DNA of 64,000 nucleotides from Candidatus Freyarchaeum deiterrae. GTDB taxonomy: Archaea; Asgardarchaeota; Jordiarchaeia; Jordiarchaeales; Jordiarchaeaceae. The notes below the pieces were generated by a model that did not search any database, was not told the origin of the DNA, and saw only the letters and a program-made list of their open reading frames with translations. Location: contig CP147778.1 in the NCBI GenBank assembly GCA_037305845.1, forward strand, positions 576,001 to 640,000, written 5' to 3'. This document shows positions 9,697-20,086 of this stretch, piece after piece (within the stretch, counting starts at the first letter, position 1; each line of letters starts with the position of its first letter). The translations under genes and the position numbers were made by a program.

Positions 9697-11475
9697 ATGA
9701 GTAAGAAAACCAAGGCAAATCCTAGCAAGGAAAAAAAGGCAGCAAAAGAAGCCGCTAAACCAAAAGCAAAAGAAGCTGCTAAACCTATAGAAGGAGAGTT
9801 ACCAGACTACATAAAGAACAAAATCTGGTTGAAGAAATACCCTAGTGACTTCCCTAAAGAAGTTAAAATACCCACGGATAAGTCAATACCGGATGTGGCG
9901 GACGAAGCCGCAGAAAAGTGGCCAAACGAGGTAACCACAATATTCTACGGGAGAGAGTTCACCCGAAAAGAGTTTAAAGACAACATCGACAGGCTCACCA
10001 CAGCCTTCCAGCAGAAACTGGGAATCAAGAAAGGCGACAAGATAGCAATATACCTGCCCAACTGCCCCCAGTTCATAATAGCGTACTTGGCTGGCCTGGC
10101 AGCCGGGGCAACCATGACCTGCATCAGCCCGCTCTTCGTTTCCAGAGAAGTCGCGTACCAGATAAAAGACAGCGGAGCACAAACCCTAGTAACAATGGAT
10201 ATGTTCTGGAAAAATGTAGAAGAAGCAAAAAAGGAGGTTAAACTCAAAAACATCCTTATAACCAACATATTTGGACAGACACCCAATGTGCCAGAAAATG
10301 CTGCCCAAGGAATCCACCATATGACAAATTTGATTAAAGACACCGCACCCAACGTGACAAAAGTAAAATTCAATCCCATGAAAGACATTGCGGTAATTCA
10401 GTACACCGGTGGCACAACTGGCCTTCCCAAGGGTGCGCTCCTCACACACAACAACCTCATAGCAAACGCAATACAAATCCTACCCATAAATGAAACATTA
10501 AGGAAGAGATTCCATGAAGACAAGGTCAAGGCTATCACTGTGCTTCCTTGGTATCACATATATGGCCAGACCTGCGAGATCGTACTGAGCCAAATGATTG
10601 AGACAACCGGTGTCGTTTTTGCAAATTTCGACCCCGGAGCGGTTATTGACGCCATTCAGAAGTATAAACCATGGGTGTTATTAGGAGTATCTGCTATGCT
10701 TATCGCGCTCATGAACCACCCCAAGGCTCATGAGACGGATTTCACCTGTCTCAAATTTATGAGCATGGGAGCTGCACCGACTCCGGATGAGGTTGCGAAT
10801 CAGTGGAAGAAACTTTCAGGATGGCCGCTTAGTGAAGGTTTCGGTTTAACTGAAGCGAGCCCTGTCACTCACAGTCGAGCCGCTGTGCTGTTCGGCGAAA
10901 AATTGGGCAGCATCGGTCCACCGATTCCCAATACACTGGCTGGTGTAGTGGACCCGGAGAGCAACAAGTTCCTACCCATTGGTGAGATGGGTGAGCTGGT
11001 GATCAGCGGTCCCCAGGTTATGCAAGGCTACTGGAACAGACCGGAGGAAACCAAGAAAGTTTTCTTCGAGGCTGGAGGATACAAGTGGCTCAAAACCGGA
11101 GACCTAGCTAAGATGGATGACGAGGGATACTTCTACATTGTGGACCGCACCAAGGACATAATAAAGTATAAAGGCCACAGCGTTTATCCACGGGAAATCG
11201 AGGAAGTCATCTTCGAGCACCCAGCTGTACTGGAATGTGCAGTAATTGGTATACCAGACCCCAAAGCTGGAGAGAATATCAAGGCATTCATTTCGCTCAA
11301 ACCGGAGTGCAAGGGCAAAATAACCGAAGAGGAGATGAAGAACTGGATAAAGGAGCGGGTGGCGGCTTACAAGTATCCCAGATACGTGGAGTTCATCGAC
11401 ACTATTCCCAAGACTATCGTGGGCAAGGTTCTGAGACGAGTGCTTAGAGAGAGAGAAGCTGCAAAAATGGGGTAA
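9697..11475 (+). CDS. Long-chain acyl-CoA ligase (FadD-like), copy 1
   Basis: YTGGTTGLPKG, EGFGLTE, TGD, DRTKD and GKVLRR ANL-family motifs. Confidence 0.95.
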   Translation: MSKKTKANPSKEKKAAKEAAKPKAKEAAKPIEGELPDYIKNKIWLKKYPSDFPKEVKIPTDKSIPDVADEAAEKWPNEVTTIFYGREFTRKEFKDNIDRLTTAFQQKLGIKKGDKIAIYLPNCPQFIIAYLAGLAAGATMTCISPLFVSREVAYQIKDSGAQTLVTMDMFWKNVEEAKKEVKLKNILITNIFGQTPNVPENAAQGIHHMTNLIKDTAPNVTKVKFNPMKDIAVIQYTGGTTGLPKGALLTHNNLIANAIQILPINETLRKRFHEDKVKAITVLPWYHIYGQTCEIVLSQMIETTGVVFANFDPGAVIDAIQKYKPWVLLGVSAMLIALMNHPKAHETDFTCLKFMSMGAAPTPDEVANQWKKLSGWPLSEGFGLTEASPVTHSRAAVLFGEKLGSIGPPIPNTLAGVVDPESNKFLPIGEMGELVISGPQVMQGYWNRPEETKKVFFEAGGYKWLKTGDLAKMDDEGYFYIVDRTKDIIKYKGHSVYPREIEEVIFEHPAVLECAVIGIPDPKAGENIKAFISLKPECKGKITEEEMKNWIKERVAAYKYPRYVEFIDTIPKTIVGKVLRRVLREREAAKMG

Positions 11476-11872
11476 CATTACCATTACTCTCTTTTTTTTA
11501 TTTGTTAGCCTTTTATTTTAAATAGAGTAAGATACCAGACAATAATTCGTAAAACCCCACTTATTTTAGAAACAGTAAGATGAGGAGTTTTAAAAAAGGA
11601 GTAAGAAGAAGAAGCAAAACACGGGAAACTAACGTAATTCAGTTCTGAAGGCTTCTTTTGAAGCGTTTGAAGTTTGTATTTAAAGGAAAAATACATTAGA
11701 ATTGAGCAGTTTTACCGAATTTATCAGCTCCATGTCTATTTTTAAGATTGTATTATTTTTCAATTAATTTTATATAAGAGATGGGAAAGAGTACTATACA
11801 AGTTGTTCAAAAAGAGGAACAATCTCCCTTTTATAAATAAAACAAAAAAGTATAGAGGAGAGAGATAAAAAA

Positions 11873-13693
11873 ATGAGTAAGAAAAAAGAATCAAAAGCAG
11901 CTGCTAAACCAGCAAAAGAAGCTGCTAAACCAGCAAAAGAAGCTGCTAAACCAGCAAAAGAAGCTGCTAAACCAGCAAAAGCAGCTGCCAAACCAAAGGA
12001 AGGAGAGTTACCAGACTATATAATTAACAAAATCTGGTTGAAGAAATACCCCAAAGAAGTAGCCACTGAAGTCAAAATACCCACTGACAAGTCGATACCC
12101 GACCTGTTCGATGAAGCAGTAGCAAGAAATCCAGACTTTATATCCATGATATTCTATGGAACACAGATACCCCGAAAATGGTTTAAGGACCAAGCGGACA
12201 GACTCGCCACAGCCTTCCAGAAAAAACTGGGAATCAAGAAAGGGGACAAAATAGCGATATATCTACCCAACTGCCCCGCTTTCATAGTAGCGTACTCTGC
12301 TGGACTGAAGGCCGGAGCAACCATGACCTGCATCAGCCCGCTCTTCGTTTCCAGAGAAGTCGCGTACCAGATGAAAGACAGCGGAGCACAAACCCTAGTA
12401 ACCATGGACACATTCTACCCAAGAGTAACCGCGGACGAAGTAAAAAAAGAGGTTAAAATCAAGAACATCATCTTAATGAACCTATTTGGACAGCCAGTTA
12501 CCGTGCCAGAAAACCCTGCCCAAGGAATCTACCATATGGCCAACCTGATAAAAGACACCGCGCCCGACGTAACCAAAGTAAAAATAGACCCTATGAAAGA
12601 CCTCGCGGTGATCCAGTACACTGGAGGCACAACCGGTCTACCCAAGGGTGCAATGCTCACGCACAACAACCTCATATCAAACGCCTACCAGATTAGACCG
12701 GCCACTGATGCACAAATGAAGAAGTTCAAGGAACCTATCATTAAAGCAATCAGCGTGCTTCCATGGTATCACATATACGGTCAGACCTGTGAAATCGTGA
12801 CTGCCCAACTGCTCGATTCAACCGCTACCGTTTTTGCAGATTTCAACCCCCAGCTTGTTCTTGAAGCCATCAACAAGTTTAGACCCTGGCAGTTCTTAGC
12901 GGTTTCCGCCCTGCTCATTGCACTGATGAACCACCCCAAGGCCAAGGAAACAGATTTCACCAGTCTCAAATACATGAACATGGGTGCCGCGTCAACCCCG
13001 GACGTGGTTGCGAATCAGTGGAAGAAACTCTCAGGATGGCCGCTTAGTGAAGGCTACGGTCTAACTGAAACAAGCCCCGTCACCCACACTCGACCCGCAT
13101 CACTGTTCGGTGAAAAATTGGGCAGTATCGGTCCACCGATTCCCAATACACTTGCAGGCGTAGTGGATCCGGAGAGCAACAAGTTCTTACCAATCGGTGA
13201 GATGGGCGAGCTTGTGATCAATGGTCCCCAGGTGATGCAGGGCTACTGGAACAGACCAGAAGAAACCAAGAAGGTGTTCTTCGAAGCCGGAGGGCTAAAG
13301 TGGCTTAAAACCGGTGACCTTGCCACGATGGACAAAGAAGGATACTTCTACATAGTGGACCGTACTAAGGACATAATAAAGTACAAGGGACACAGCGTCT
13401 ATCCCAGAGAAATTGAGGAAGTCCTCTTTACGAACCCCGCGATACTGGAGGCCGCGGTTATCGGTATACCAGACCCTGAGGCCGGTGAGAACATAAAAGC
13501 GGTCATTGTGCTGAAACCGGAGTCCAAGGGCAAAGTAACCGAGAATGAGATGATAGAGTGGTGCAAGAAAAACATGGCGGCCTACAAGTATCCCCGATAC
13601 GTGGAGTTCGTAGACGCTCTACCCAAGACAAATGTAGGCAAAATCCTAAGAAGAGTACTCAGAGAGCAGGATGCTGCGAAGAGAAAGAAGTAA
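11873..13693 (+). CDS. Long-chain acyl-CoA ligase, copy 2, with an N-terminal AAKPAKE repeat tail
   Basis: Same AMP-binding motifs as copy 1. Confidence 0.95.
   Translation: MSKKKESKAAAKPAKEAAKPAKEAAKPAKEAAKPAKAAAKPKEGELPDYIINKIWLKKYPKEVATEVKIPTDKSIPDLFDEAVARNPDFISMIFYGTQIPRKWFKDQADRLATAFQKKLGIKKGDKIAIYLPNCPAFIVAYSAGLKAGATMTCISPLFVSREVAYQMKDSGAQTLVTMDTFYPRVTADEVKKEVKIKNIILMNLFGQPVTVPENPAQGIYHMANLIKDTAPDVTKVKIDPMKDLAVIQYTGGTTGLPKGAMLTHNNLISNAYQIRPATDAQMKKFKEPIIKAISVLPWYHIYGQTCEIVTAQLLDSTATVFADFNPQLVLEAINKFRPWQFLAVSALLIALMNHPKAKETDFTSLKYMNMGAASTPDVVANQWKKLSGWPLSEGYGLTETSPVTHTRPASLFGEKLGSIGPPIPNTLAGVVDPESNKFLPIGEMGELVINGPQVMQGYWNRPEETKKVFFEAGGLKWLKTGDLATMDKEGYFYIVDRTKDIIKYKGHSVYPREIEEVLFTNPAILEAAVIGIPDPEAGENIKAVIVLKPESKGKVTENEMIEWCKKNMAAYKYPRYVEFVDALPKTNVGKILRRVLREQDAAKRKK
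11900..11995 (+). repeat. 21-bp coding tandem repeat (gctgctaaaccagcaaaagaa), 4 copies plus a partial copy
   Basis: Units start at 11900, 11921, 11942, 11963 and 11984 (partial) and encode AAKPAKE. Confidence 0.95.
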
Positions 13694-13885
13694 TTCTAAA
13701 AACTTCTTTTTTCATTTTTTATTTTTTTAAAAAAGAAATGCTATCGTATTTTTGATTATTACTATTTCTACTTTTTGCTTCATAGTTCCTGCAATTAATT
13801 TTAAATAAGAGTTAAATAGTAGAATACAGTTATTAAAAAGAAAATTAATTTTCTCTTCAAAAAAGTATAGAGGAGAGAGTAAAGA

Positions 13886-15607
13886 ATGAGTAAAAAAGAA
13901 TCAAAAGAAGGAGAACTACCAGATTATATAAAGAAAAAAATTTGGCTGAAGTCTTACCCCAAAGATGTGCCCAAAGAAGTTGTAATACCCACAGATAAGT
14001 CGATATCCGACCTGTTTGATGATGCTGTAGCAAGGAATTCCGAGTTCGTAAGCATGATATTCTATGACAGAGAAATCAAAAGAAAAGACTTTAAGGACAG
14101 AGTGGACAGGCTCTGCACTGCCTTCCAGCAGAAGCTTGGAGTCAAGAAAGGTGACAAGATAGCGATATACCTGCTCAACGGCCCAGACTACATCGTAGCG
14201 TACATGGCTGGACTGAAGGCCGGAGCGACCCTGACCTGCATCAGCCCGCTCTTCGTTTCCCGAGAAGTCGCTTATCAGATAAAGGACAGCGGAGCACAAA
14301 CTCTGGTAACCCTTGACATATTTTACCCCAGAATAACCGTGGACGAAGTGAAGAACGATATCAAAGGACTCAAAAACGTTATCCTGACGAACCTGTTCGG
14401 ACAGACACCTAACGTGCCCGAGAGCAAGGAGAAAGGAATCTACCACATGGCAAACCTGATACAAAACACTGCTCCCAACGTGACAAAAGTAAAAATAGAC
14501 CCCATGAAAGACATCGCCGTAATCCAGTACACCGGAGGCACAACCGGTCTACCCAAGGGTGCACTCCTTACACACTACAACCTCATAGCAAACGCCTACG
14601 AGGTTAAAGGTGGAACAGAAGCAATGGAGAAGAGGTTCAAGGAAGATAAGGTTAGATCTATCAGCTTACTTCCTTGGTATCACATATACGGTCAGACCTG
14701 TGAGATTGTAGCTGGTCAGCTGATCGATACAACAGCTGTGGTTTTTGCAGATCCGGGTAATACTGCACTGGTTCTTGACGCTATTAATAAGTATAAGCCT
14801 TGGTTTATCTTGGCGGTTCCCACTATGCTAATTCAGTTCTTGAACAACCCCAAAACTAAGGACACAAATTTCACTAGTGTCAAATACATGAACATGGGTT
14901 CCTCATCGACCCCGGATGCGGTTGCGAACCAGTGGAAGAAACTCTCAGGATGGCCACTCAGCGAAGGCTACGGTCTAACTGAAGCAAGCCCCGTGACACA
15001 CACCCGACAAGCTGTGCTATTAGGTGAAAAAAATGGTAGCATCGGCCCACCCATTCCCAATACACTTGCAGGCGTAGTGGATCCGGAGAGCAACAAGTTC
15101 CTACCCATTGGAGAGCTGGGTGAGCTAGTGATCAGCGGTCCCCAGGTTATGCAGGGCTACTGGAATAAACCAGAAGAGAGCAAGAAGGTGTTCTTCGAAG
15201 CCGGAGGATACAAGTGGCTGAAAACCGGTGACTTGGCCAAGATGGACAAGCAGGGATTCTTCTTCATAGTGGACCGTACTAAGGACATAATAAAGTACAA
15301 GGGACACAGCGTTTATCCCAGAGAAATCGAAGAAGTCCTCTTTACGAACCCCGCGGTACTGGAGTGTGCAATTATTGGTATACCAGACCCTGAGGCCGGT
15401 GAGAACATAAAAGCAATAATAGTGCTGAAACCAGATTACAAGGGCAAGGTTACCGAGGATCAGATGAAGGACTGGCTTAAGGAGCGGGTGGCAGCATACA
15501 AGTATCCCAGATACATAGAGTTCGCGGACAGTCTCCCCAAGTCCAACGTGGGTAAAGTTTTAAGAAGAGTACTCAGAGAGCAGGATGCTACGAAGAGAAA
15601 GAAGTAA
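13886..15607 (+). CDS. Long-chain acyl-CoA ligase, copy 3
   Basis: Same AMP-binding motifs. Confidence 0.95.
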   Translation: MSKKESKEGELPDYIKKKIWLKSYPKDVPKEVVIPTDKSISDLFDDAVARNSEFVSMIFYDREIKRKDFKDRVDRLCTAFQQKLGVKKGDKIAIYLLNGPDYIVAYMAGLKAGATLTCISPLFVSREVAYQIKDSGAQTLVTLDIFYPRITVDEVKNDIKGLKNVILTNLFGQTPNVPESKEKGIYHMANLIQNTAPNVTKVKIDPMKDIAVIQYTGGTTGLPKGALLTHYNLIANAYEVKGGTEAMEKRFKEDKVRSISLLPWYHIYGQTCEIVAGQLIDTTAVVFADPGNTALVLDAINKYKPWFILAVPTMLIQFLNNPKTKDTNFTSVKYMNMGSSSTPDAVANQWKKLSGWPLSEGYGLTEASPVTHTRQAVLLGEKNGSIGPPIPNTLAGVVDPESNKFLPIGELGELVISGPQVMQGYWNKPEESKKVFFEAGGYKWLKTGDLAKMDKQGFFFIVDRTKDIIKYKGHSVYPREIEEVLFTNPAVLECAIIGIPDPEAGENIKAIIVLKPDYKGKVTEDQMKDWLKERVAAYKYPRYIEFADSLPKSNVGKVLRRVLREQDATKRKK

Positions 15608-15798
15608 CCCTTAAAACTTTTTTTCATTTCTATTCTATTTTTTGTAGTTTTATTTTAAAGATTTAGTCAAGGTTGTACATAATCTTGTTTTTTGTGAGAT
15701 TATTTCATTTTTTAATATTATTACTGTTTGTGGTATTGTTTATTAATTCGTAGAACGATAAAGTATAAAGCATAATGCTATTATGGTAGGTTTTATTT

Positions 15799-17502
15799 AT
15801 GCCTAGCTCAAAAGAGTCTGGGAAGTTGCCCGAATATGTTAGGAAGAAAATTTGGTTGAAGAGTTATCCCAAGGGTTACCCTCAAAAGATTAAAGTACCC
15901 AAAAAATCTTTACCTGATGCGTTCAGAAAAGCGGATAAAAAATACGGTAACTCCGTTAGCATCGTTTTTTATGATAAGGAATACTCCCGTAAACAAATTA
16001 GGGAGTGGGCTGATAGATTTGCTACAGCTCTCTACAAACTGGGAGTGAGAAAGGGTGACATAGTGGCGATCTACCTGCCGAATTGCCTTCAGTTTCTAGT
16101 AGTGTACTTTGGCATTTTGGAAATAGGGGCCACGGTTACCGCTATCAGTCCCCTATTTGTGCCCCGTGAGGTTGCCTACCAGCTGAATGACAGCGGAGCA
16201 GAAACCATAGTAACAATTGATCTTTTCTACAACAACGTGAAACAGATTAAAAATGAAACACGGCTCAAAAACATTATAGTGTGCAGTCTACTGGGGGGCG
16301 GACTCCGACTCGAGGCAGAAGACTTGGATAAAATATTGAAATATGATGAACTAATAGAGGGAGCTTCACCGAATCCACCAAGGGTAAAAATAAAACCCAA
16401 AGAAGATGTGGCAATTCTCCAGTACACCGGAGGAACCACGGGCTTGCCTAAGGGTGCGATGCTTACACACTACAACGTTTTAGCCGACGCGTTGCAGATA
16501 GCGCCCATCATAGAAACCTTGAACAAAAAATTTGGTTTTAAAAGAACCATAGCAATTTCGGTTTTACCCTGGTATCACATATACGGCCAGACTGTTGAAA
16601 TTGTCGTTGGTAACCTATTAAACAGCCTCGGTATCGGTTTTACTCAATTTGATCCCGCTTCAATTCTCGAGGCGATTCAGAGGTATAAGCCGAATATATT
16701 TATTGCTGTTCCAGCTATTCTGATCTTTTTGTTGAACCATCCGAAGTCTCATGAGATCGACTTTTCCAGTTTGAAGTATCTTACTATGGGTGCTGCCCCC
16801 GCTCCTGTCGAACTTTTTAAGCAGTGGCAGCAGTTATCGGGTAATCTTCTTAGTGAGGGTTATGGTTTAACAGAAGCCAGCCCAGTTACTCATACTCGTT
16901 GTGCTCCGATTTTTGATGGGGTTCCAGGTTCTGTTGGCCCTCCTGTGCCTAATACCCTAGCGGCTATAGTGAACCCAGAAACTAACGCGTTTCTGCCTAT
17001 CGGTGAGCTGGGTGAGCTGGTGGTCAGCGGTCCTCAGGTTATGAAAGGTTACTGGAAACGCCCCGTGGAAACCGAAAAGGTGTTCTTTTACGCTGGCGGT
17101 GTAAAGTGGCTGAAGACCGGCGACCTTGCCCGGATGGATGCAAATGGTCATTTTTACATTGTTGACCGCGTCAAGGACATAATTAAGTATAAGGGTCACA
17201 GTGTTTATCCGAGGGAGCTTGAAGAGGTTTTATTCGAACACGAGGCGGTAATGGACGCTACGGTGATTGGTGTGCCTGACCCTGAGGCGGGTGAGCAGAT
17301 TAAGGCTTTTATCGTTTTGAAGCCCCAGTTTAAGGACAAGGTCAAGGAAAATGACGTTTGGTCCTGGTGCAAGGAGAGAATGGCGGCTTATAAGTATCCG
17401 AGGTACATCGAGTTTGTAGGGTCTCTTCCTAAGAGTATGGTTGGTAAGACTTTGAGAAGGGTGCTGAGAGAGCAGGAGGCACAAAAAACAAGGGCAACCT
17501 AA
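15799..17502 (+). CDS. Long-chain acyl-CoA ligase, copy 4 (most divergent)
   Basis: Same AMP-binding motifs. Confidence 0.95.
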   Translation: MPSSKESGKLPEYVRKKIWLKSYPKGYPQKIKVPKKSLPDAFRKADKKYGNSVSIVFYDKEYSRKQIREWADRFATALYKLGVRKGDIVAIYLPNCLQFLVVYFGILEIGATVTAISPLFVPREVAYQLNDSGAETIVTIDLFYNNVKQIKNETRLKNIIVCSLLGGGLRLEAEDLDKILKYDELIEGASPNPPRVKIKPKEDVAILQYTGGTTGLPKGAMLTHYNVLADALQIAPIIETLNKKFGFKRTIAISVLPWYHIYGQTVEIVVGNLLNSLGIGFTQFDPASILEAIQRYKPNIFIAVPAILIFLLNHPKSHEIDFSSLKYLTMGAAPAPVELFKQWQQLSGNLLSEGYGLTEASPVTHTRCAPIFDGVPGSVGPPVPNTLAAIVNPETNAFLPIGELGELVVSGPQVMKGYWKRPVETEKVFFYAGGVKWLKTGDLARMDANGHFYIVDRVKDIIKYKGHSVYPRELEEVLFEHEAVMDATVIGVPDPEAGEQIKAFIVLKPQFKDKVKENDVWSWCKERMAAYKYPRYIEFVGSLPKSMVGKTLRRVLREQEAQKTRAT

Positions 17503-17610
17503 TTTCTACGCTCTCGTTTTAATTTTTCCTTTTTCGGTATCTAGAGACTGCAAAACTTTATTTAGGAATAATTTCTATTCTTGAAATACGTTTCGCTTGG
17601 TTGGTAAGGT

Positions 17611-18441
17611 TTGGATATTGTTTTTGAGGTGGTGTTTTTTATGCCGAAGTTTGAGACGGTTCTTTATGAGAAGAAAGGCAGTGTAGCGGTTATAACGCTT
17701 AACCGTCCTGAGAAGCTGAATGCTCTGAATTCGCAGATGAATAAGGATCTGAAACGTGCTTTAGGGGAGACTAAAGATGACCCCAAGGTGAGGGCTGTAG
17801 TTCTCACAGGTGCGGGTCGCGGTTTCTGTGCAGGCGCTGATATTTCGGATTTTGCTGGCGGTGTCACGCTTGAGGACTTTAAGAAGCTGACTGAGCAGGG
17901 TATTACACCTGAAACTCTCATTACACCTTATGATTTGATTGAAGTGCCTAAGCCTATTATTGCGGCGGTTAACGGTGTGGCGGTGGGTTTCGGTACAAAT
18001 GTTCTTTTGAACTGTGATATCATAATTGCTTCTGAAGCGGCTAGTTTTGGAGAATTCTTCGTCAGAATGGCGATACTTCCGGATATGAATGGATGCCTAC
18101 TGCTCCCCCTGCTTTTGGGAATTCACAAAGCAAAAGAACTAATTTTCACCGGTGATCGAATAAATGCTCAGGAAGCGTTAAGAATAGGACTGGTTAACCG
18201 AGTAGTTCCACCGGATCAGTTGATGCCTACAGTGATGGAACTCGCGAATCGGCTGGCTGAGGGGCCCCCTCTGGCGCTGGCGATGTCTAAGAAGTTTATT
18301 TATGAGGGTTTCCAAAAAATATTTGATGAGATGATTGTAAAGGAAGCTCAGTATCAAACCCAGCTTTACGCCTCTGAGGACCACAGAGAGGCTGCGGCGT
18401 CATTTCTAGAAAAGAGAAAACCAGTTTTCAAGGGCAAGTAG
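17611..18441 (+). CDS. Enoyl-CoA hydratase/isomerase (crotonase family); likely start ATG 17641
   Basis: LNRPEKLNAL, FCAGADI, KPIIAAVNG and FLEKRKPVFKG motifs. Confidence 0.93.
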   Translation: MDIVFEVVFFMPKFETVLYEKKGSVAVITLNRPEKLNALNSQMNKDLKRALGETKDDPKVRAVVLTGAGRGFCAGADISDFAGGVTLEDFKKLTEQGITPETLITPYDLIEVPKPIIAAVNGVAVGFGTNVLLNCDIIIASEAASFGEFFVRMAILPDMNGCLLLPLLLGIHKAKELIFTGDRINAQEALRIGLVNRVVPPDQLMPTVMELANRLAEGPPLALAMSKKFIYEGFQKIFDEMIVKEAQYQTQLYASEDHREAAASFLEKRKPVFKGK

Positions 18442-18476
18442 TTTTTTAGCGGCGTCCTTATTATTCCTATCTTTAT

Positions 18477-19226
18477 TTATTTTTGTTTGTTTTTTGGTTT
18501 GTTTTGGGTATCTAGAACTTTGAAGAGAGTGGTTCTGAGTTCCGGGAATCCTTTTGCTACTGCTATGGCTCCGTACTTGTTTCCATCGGGATTCTCTTGC
18601 CAGTCTATCCATACAGCGTCTATGCCGGCTGCCTTCGCTCCTTGTATGTCCGTCTGTTGGCTGTCTCCTACATGAATGGCTTGTTCGGGTTTAATATCCA
18701 GTCTCTTTAAAACTTCTAGAAAAGGTTGAGGACTAGGTTTGGCTTCGGGGGTTGTTTCACCCGCGACTACGTAGGTGTCAAAAAATTTCGCCAGTCCGGA
18801 GGCTTTGAATCGATTCTCCTTCCATCCTGGGGCGACATCTGTGTCGCTTAGCAGGCCGAGTTTGTATCCCTTTTGTTTGAGCTCTTTTAGGAGTTCCGGT
18901 GCGCCTTTGTAGACTTTGGATGTGTCTCTTAGAACTGTCCAGTAAGTACTGGTCAGTTTGTAGATGAAGTCTTGGGGAACGTTGGTTACATTTAGCTCTT
19001 TGAAAATAACGTTCCACCACTCGTTTCTGTTTCGTATTAGCTTTTTCTCCTCTTCGTATTCAGTTTTTTTTACTAATTCAAGTATAGTTTTGTAGTTGGC
19101 TTTTATTCCCCTTTTTTTTAGGCAATCAGTTATGAGCTTTGTCACTTTTTTGTGTGATTCTATGCGGTTAGAGAAAGAATCTATAAGGGTTCCATCAAAA
19201 TCAAAGATTATTCCCAGCTTTTTCAT
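18477..19226 (-). CDS. HAD-superfamily hydrolase
   Basis: DFDGTL motif I, KPSP, and VGDSQQTDIQGA motif IV. Confidence 0.92.
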   Translation of the reverse strand: MKKLGIIFDFDGTLIDSFSNRIESHKKVTKLITDCLKKRGIKANYKTILELVKKTEYEEEKKLIRNRNEWWNVIFKELNVTNVPQDFIYKLTSTYWTVLRDTSKVYKGAPELLKELKQKGYKLGLLSDTDVAPGWKENRFKASGLAKFFDTYVVAGETTPEAKPSPQPFLEVLKRLDIKPEQAIHVGDSQQTDIQGAKAAGIDAVWIDWQENPDGNKYGAIAVAKGFPELRTTLFKVLDTQNKPKNKQK

Positions 19227-19354
19227 TTCACAAATCCCCTTTAGAATATCTACAAAATAATCAGTATTTTATGAAGAATGAAGTCATCCCATTTAAATTT
19301 TTGCACCAAGTAATTTTTTGTTTCTGGCTTTTCAAAAAAAGGAATGATGGGGGT

Positions 19355-20086
19355 TTAACCGTATTTTTCTTTTACCCAGGAGTAGATTACTTCTAGTTGT
19401 TTTTTGAGGCGTGCCTTTTGTTCGGGTGTCTTTCTGGATTTCGGTTTTTCGGAGGGAATCGCGTAAATGTCTAGTACTGAGCCTTGGGGCTGGTCTACAA
19501 ATTTTACGGTTACTGGTGTGTCGCACTCTATGTCTTCTATGTTGTATCCCGCTTCTTCCATGGACACTCGTAGTGCGATTAGGGTGTTGCAGCCATCCAC
19601 TCTTACGTAGCCTAATACTAGGGGTAGCTGGGGTAGGAACGCTTCTGCGGCGAAGCCGAGTATTGCGTAGCTGTGGAGGATACCTTGGGGTTTTAACTCA
19701 ATCCATTCTGTTTCCTCTAGGTTGCATTCTGGTCTCCAGCAGTGTGCTCTTGGTGGCATAAATTTGTCTCCGCAGTGGGGGCATTGTGTGCCGTAGATTT
19801 TTTTCTCTAATAAACCCTCAAAGAACTTTGACACTCTTCCGTAACTGTGATTATATAGGATATCGTAGGGTCTGTATACTCGCATGTATCTTCTGGATTC
19901 GAGCTCATCTATTCGCGGTCCCTCATCTGCTTCTATGATCTTGTAACCCGCTATCGACATTTTACCCAAACTTCCCCAATCCTTGAATTGGGGGTCTAGG
20001 GGTGCTTCTTTAATGATTTTGGCGTTGTGTCCCAGCTCTCCAATTTTGGGCCATTTGAATTTCTTTTCTTTAGACATCATTTTCAC
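19355..20086 (-). CDS. DUF35-type Zn-ribbon/OB-fold protein (thiolase partner)
   Basis: CPHC...PPRAHCWRPEC zinc ribbon followed by an OB fold; 4-nt overlap with the thiolase gene. Confidence 0.9.
   Translation of the reverse strand: MKMMSKEKKFKWPKIGELGHNAKIIKEAPLDPQFKDWGSLGKMSIAGYKIIEADEGPRIDELESRRYMRVYRPYDILYNHSYGRVSKFFEGLLEKKIYGTQCPHCGDKFMPPRAHCWRPECNLEETEWIELKPQGILHSYAILGFAAEAFLPQLPLVLGYVRVDGCNTLIALRVSMEEAGYNIEDIECDTPVTVKFVDQPQGSVLDIYAIPSEKPKSRKTPEQKARLKKQLEVIYSWVKEKYG

Noticed and set aside
11900-11995. CRISPR array or non-coding repeat
   Set aside because: Head-to-tail 21-bp units with no spacers, in frame within a coding sequence.
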